DNA of 64,000 bases from the human T2T-CHM13v2.0 reference genome, Homo sapiens: assembly GCF_009914755.1 (NCBI RefSeq), contig NC_060938.1; one strand, 5' to 3'. The notes under the pieces are model-generated. The model worked only from the letters and a program-made list of their open reading frames with translations. It had not been told where the DNA came from and did not search any database. The stretch's first letter is position 1. Every line of letters starts with the position of its first letter. The position numbers and the translations under genes were made by a program. Positions 61,367 through 64,000 of this stretch are shown here, piece after piece.

Positions 61367-62929
61367 ACTTAAACATTTGTGACAATTTCAATATCAGAAA
61401 TTTATGTGTAATCGAATTTATTCTGGTAGCTTTTTTTCTTATATGCTTCAATCTTTATAATTTAGTTCTCACATGAGAGAGATCTAATATTGGAAATATT
61501 TTCAATCTGTATGTTTATGTATTTATTCTAGTTGTCCTGGCGAAAGGTTATCAATGTTGCTGTGTCACCAGCCATTGGCTTTTCACATTTACAACTCCTC
61601 TGAATTTATTCTTACCTCATTTCTGGTGCTGGGAAATTCTGATTTTTTCTCCTCATCTCCATTGTACATTTTAGGGATTCTTGAAACTTTTGATGCACAA
61701 ACGTCCATACTTTCCACATAAGTAAAATATTTTACTTAGATATTTTCTAGCAGACACTGAGTTCTCATGAGAAATCCTCAGTCTCTTTATTTGGAACACC
61801 CCCTGCCCAATATTCCATATGGAGTAGTTGTGTGTAGAATGTGATTACTTCATGAATAAGTCAAAGTATGGATACATTTTGAAAACATTTCTGAAGTTGT
61901 AATCCCTTTCTTGATGAATAGTACCTGTTCAAGAGCAGAATTGATGTTTTCTCTGGAGCAGTAAGTTAGCACTGGTAGAATCTGTTCTGTAATCCCAGGT
62001 CCTTGGGCTCCAGTGTCAATGCTTCCTCCTTAGATCCTCCCTGACCCTGTAAATTTACCTCAGTCTCTATTTCTTAATCCAATAGCTATTTAAATTGATC
62101 TTCAATTACTTTGTATGTGGCCAGATATTATTTGTGGGTTATATTCTAATTCCCATTTTTCTGATGTAATTTCAGAGAGCCTAGAAAATATCACCTTGTG
62201 AATATCTACTTCCATGAAGTCAGTGACACATTTTTAGGTCTTAAACCTCAATATTTAAAATATTTGTCTCTGGAATTTGAAAATAAGATGTATGCTTTGT
62301 TTACTGGATAAAAAGGTTAATCACTTGTTCATCTGATTAGTAATCAAAGTTTCTAAAATTTATTTAATACTTGATGTTACTTTATGTTTTATATAAATGT
62401 GTATTTCTATGACAGTTTTAGTGTCACCTAATATTATTTTCAATGTTGTAATTTTTATGTATATGAATCTTTGTGCTATACATTTTAGTGTCATTGGTAT
62501 GAAAGCTATATGTGCAAATAGCTTGAAATAGCACCTAACACATCATGGATTCTATGTAAATATTCACCACTCTATTTCATCGCATTTTAACCAATTAATA
62601 CCATTCTTCATTTGCTAACATTTTGTTTGTCCTCATTCAAATGTGTGTTGGTGTCCTGTCTACATATTAATAAAAGAGAGGAGGTAGGCCCAGACTTCCA
62701 TCTTGATTAAATGCTAAGACAAATGGCACATTTTCCTAGTTCTATTTATATGCAACATTACATTTGTCTCACACTATAAATATGAGTATTCAGTTAAGTA
62801 CAGCAAAAAAAAAAAAAAAATCTTAACCTTCCTACAACAGATGTTGGGATATTCACGGATTGTCCACAACTTCCTTCTCCCAACATTACTTTTATTCTTA
62901 CATCTCAACTGCCACAAAAACCTAGAAGC

Positions 62930-63750
62930 ATGAAATACTACAAATTAGAAACAAATTCCCTGCTATACACAAATTGTAAAAGTAAACCAAGAAGAAAGAG
63001 AATATATGCGTACTTATACAGCAAGTAAATAGATTAGACTAATGAGAACTCTTCTTCAGTCTAGCCCAGGCTCACATAGCTTCACTAGTGAATTCTATTA
63101 AACACTTAATGAATAACCAATCCTTCACAAACACTTGCAAAGCAGAGAAGCAGGAAAACATCAATTCATTTTTGAGGCCAGTATTACCCAGATAACAAAT
63201 CAGACAAAAGCATCACAAGAAAATAAATAAATAAAAATAAAATAAATCCCTCATGAATGAAGGCAGAAATCTCCAAAAACTCTAGCAAACTAGAGGAAGC
63301 AACACATAAAAATGTTAGACAAGCCTGGCATGGCAGTGCACACCTGTAGTCCCAGCTACTTAGGAGGCTGAGGTGGCAGGAACACTTAAGCCCAGGAGTT
63401 TGAGGTTATAGTTAGCTGTGACTGTGCCACTCCACCCCAACCTGGGGGACAGAGTGAGGCCTCACCTCTAATAAAAATTAAAGAAAATTAGAAAAAAGTT
63501 AGACAATATAACCAAGTGGAATTATCTTACAAATACAAATTTAAAAATCAATCAGTGTAATACACCATATTAATAGAATAAAGGAAAAGACCATGAGGAT
63601 TTCAATGGATGTCTGACAATGTCTGACACTCATTCCTGATGAATCTTCCAGAAATCTAGCAATAGAAATAACTTCCTGAACCTCCTAAAGGACATCCATG
63701 AAAATTTAATAAATTCCACTAGGGTATATTGAAAGGCATATTGATACTTC
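62930..63750 (+). mobile_element. Ancient L1M ORF2 fragment
   Basis: GCCCAGGCTCACATAGCTTCACTAGTGAATTCT...TTTTTGAGGCCAGTATTACCC...AAATCAATCAGTGTAATACACCATATTAATAGAAT. Confidence 0.75.
63322..63490 (+). mobile_element. Alu monomer (FRAM/FAM-like)
   Basis: Single arm with A-rich tail; TSD-like AAAA(T)GTTAGACA. Confidence 0.85.
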
Positions 63751-64000
63751 CAACTTTATGGTTTTAAAAATTAACAATGAAATAAGAACTAATAACAGTA
63801 ATCTATCCATCTGGGAAACATTAAACACCTTTCTAACAATATTACTTTTGATGTGATAAAGGTAAAAATCCAAATTTAATAAGAGCAGTGCTTTTGAGAA
63901 GACTAAAATTTGGTGTTCCTAATTTTTCTGACTTATTAGCAATTAGAATCTAATTATCAATAATGCCAAGAAGACAGGAGTACTCTCCAATGACATTAAA

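Overview
Hominoid (human-like) pericentromeric or acrocentric-type heterochromatin boundary. No intact protein-coding gene, RNA gene or CRISPR array is supported. Bases 1-27416 are one uninterrupted, single-orientation array of about 570 diverged 48-bp CER (D22Z3-type) satellite monomers. Every ORF in the track over this span is an artefact of the 48-bp (16-codon) period. The array joins, through a 49-bp Alu remnant, an interspersed-repeat-rich block that looks like a segmental-duplication mosaic (27.4-64 kb). The block holds many Alus, L1, L2, MER1A, MER20, MER58A, a MER9 solo LTR and a tiny SVA/HERV-K SINE-R fragment. It also holds an unidentified, open, splice-flanked 132-bp exon (43452-43583) and three consecutive damaged exons of an unprocessed YME1L1 pseudogene fragment (46324-48909). 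One of those exons is bracketed by a near-perfect ~75-bp non-repeat inverted repeat. A 5'-intact L1PA (50666-56032) keeps the 129-bp ZNF93 target segment and has an ORF0 that reads through to 207 aa. It is cut off inside ORF2 and faces an older inverted L1PB-like element, also cut in ORF2, across a 330-bp interstitial telomeric array ending in TCAGGG repeats. I cannot support a new biological system here. The best leads are rearrangement scars and possible chimeric or antisense transcripts. Repeat-family, subfamily and gene names are from recalled consensus sequences, not from a search.
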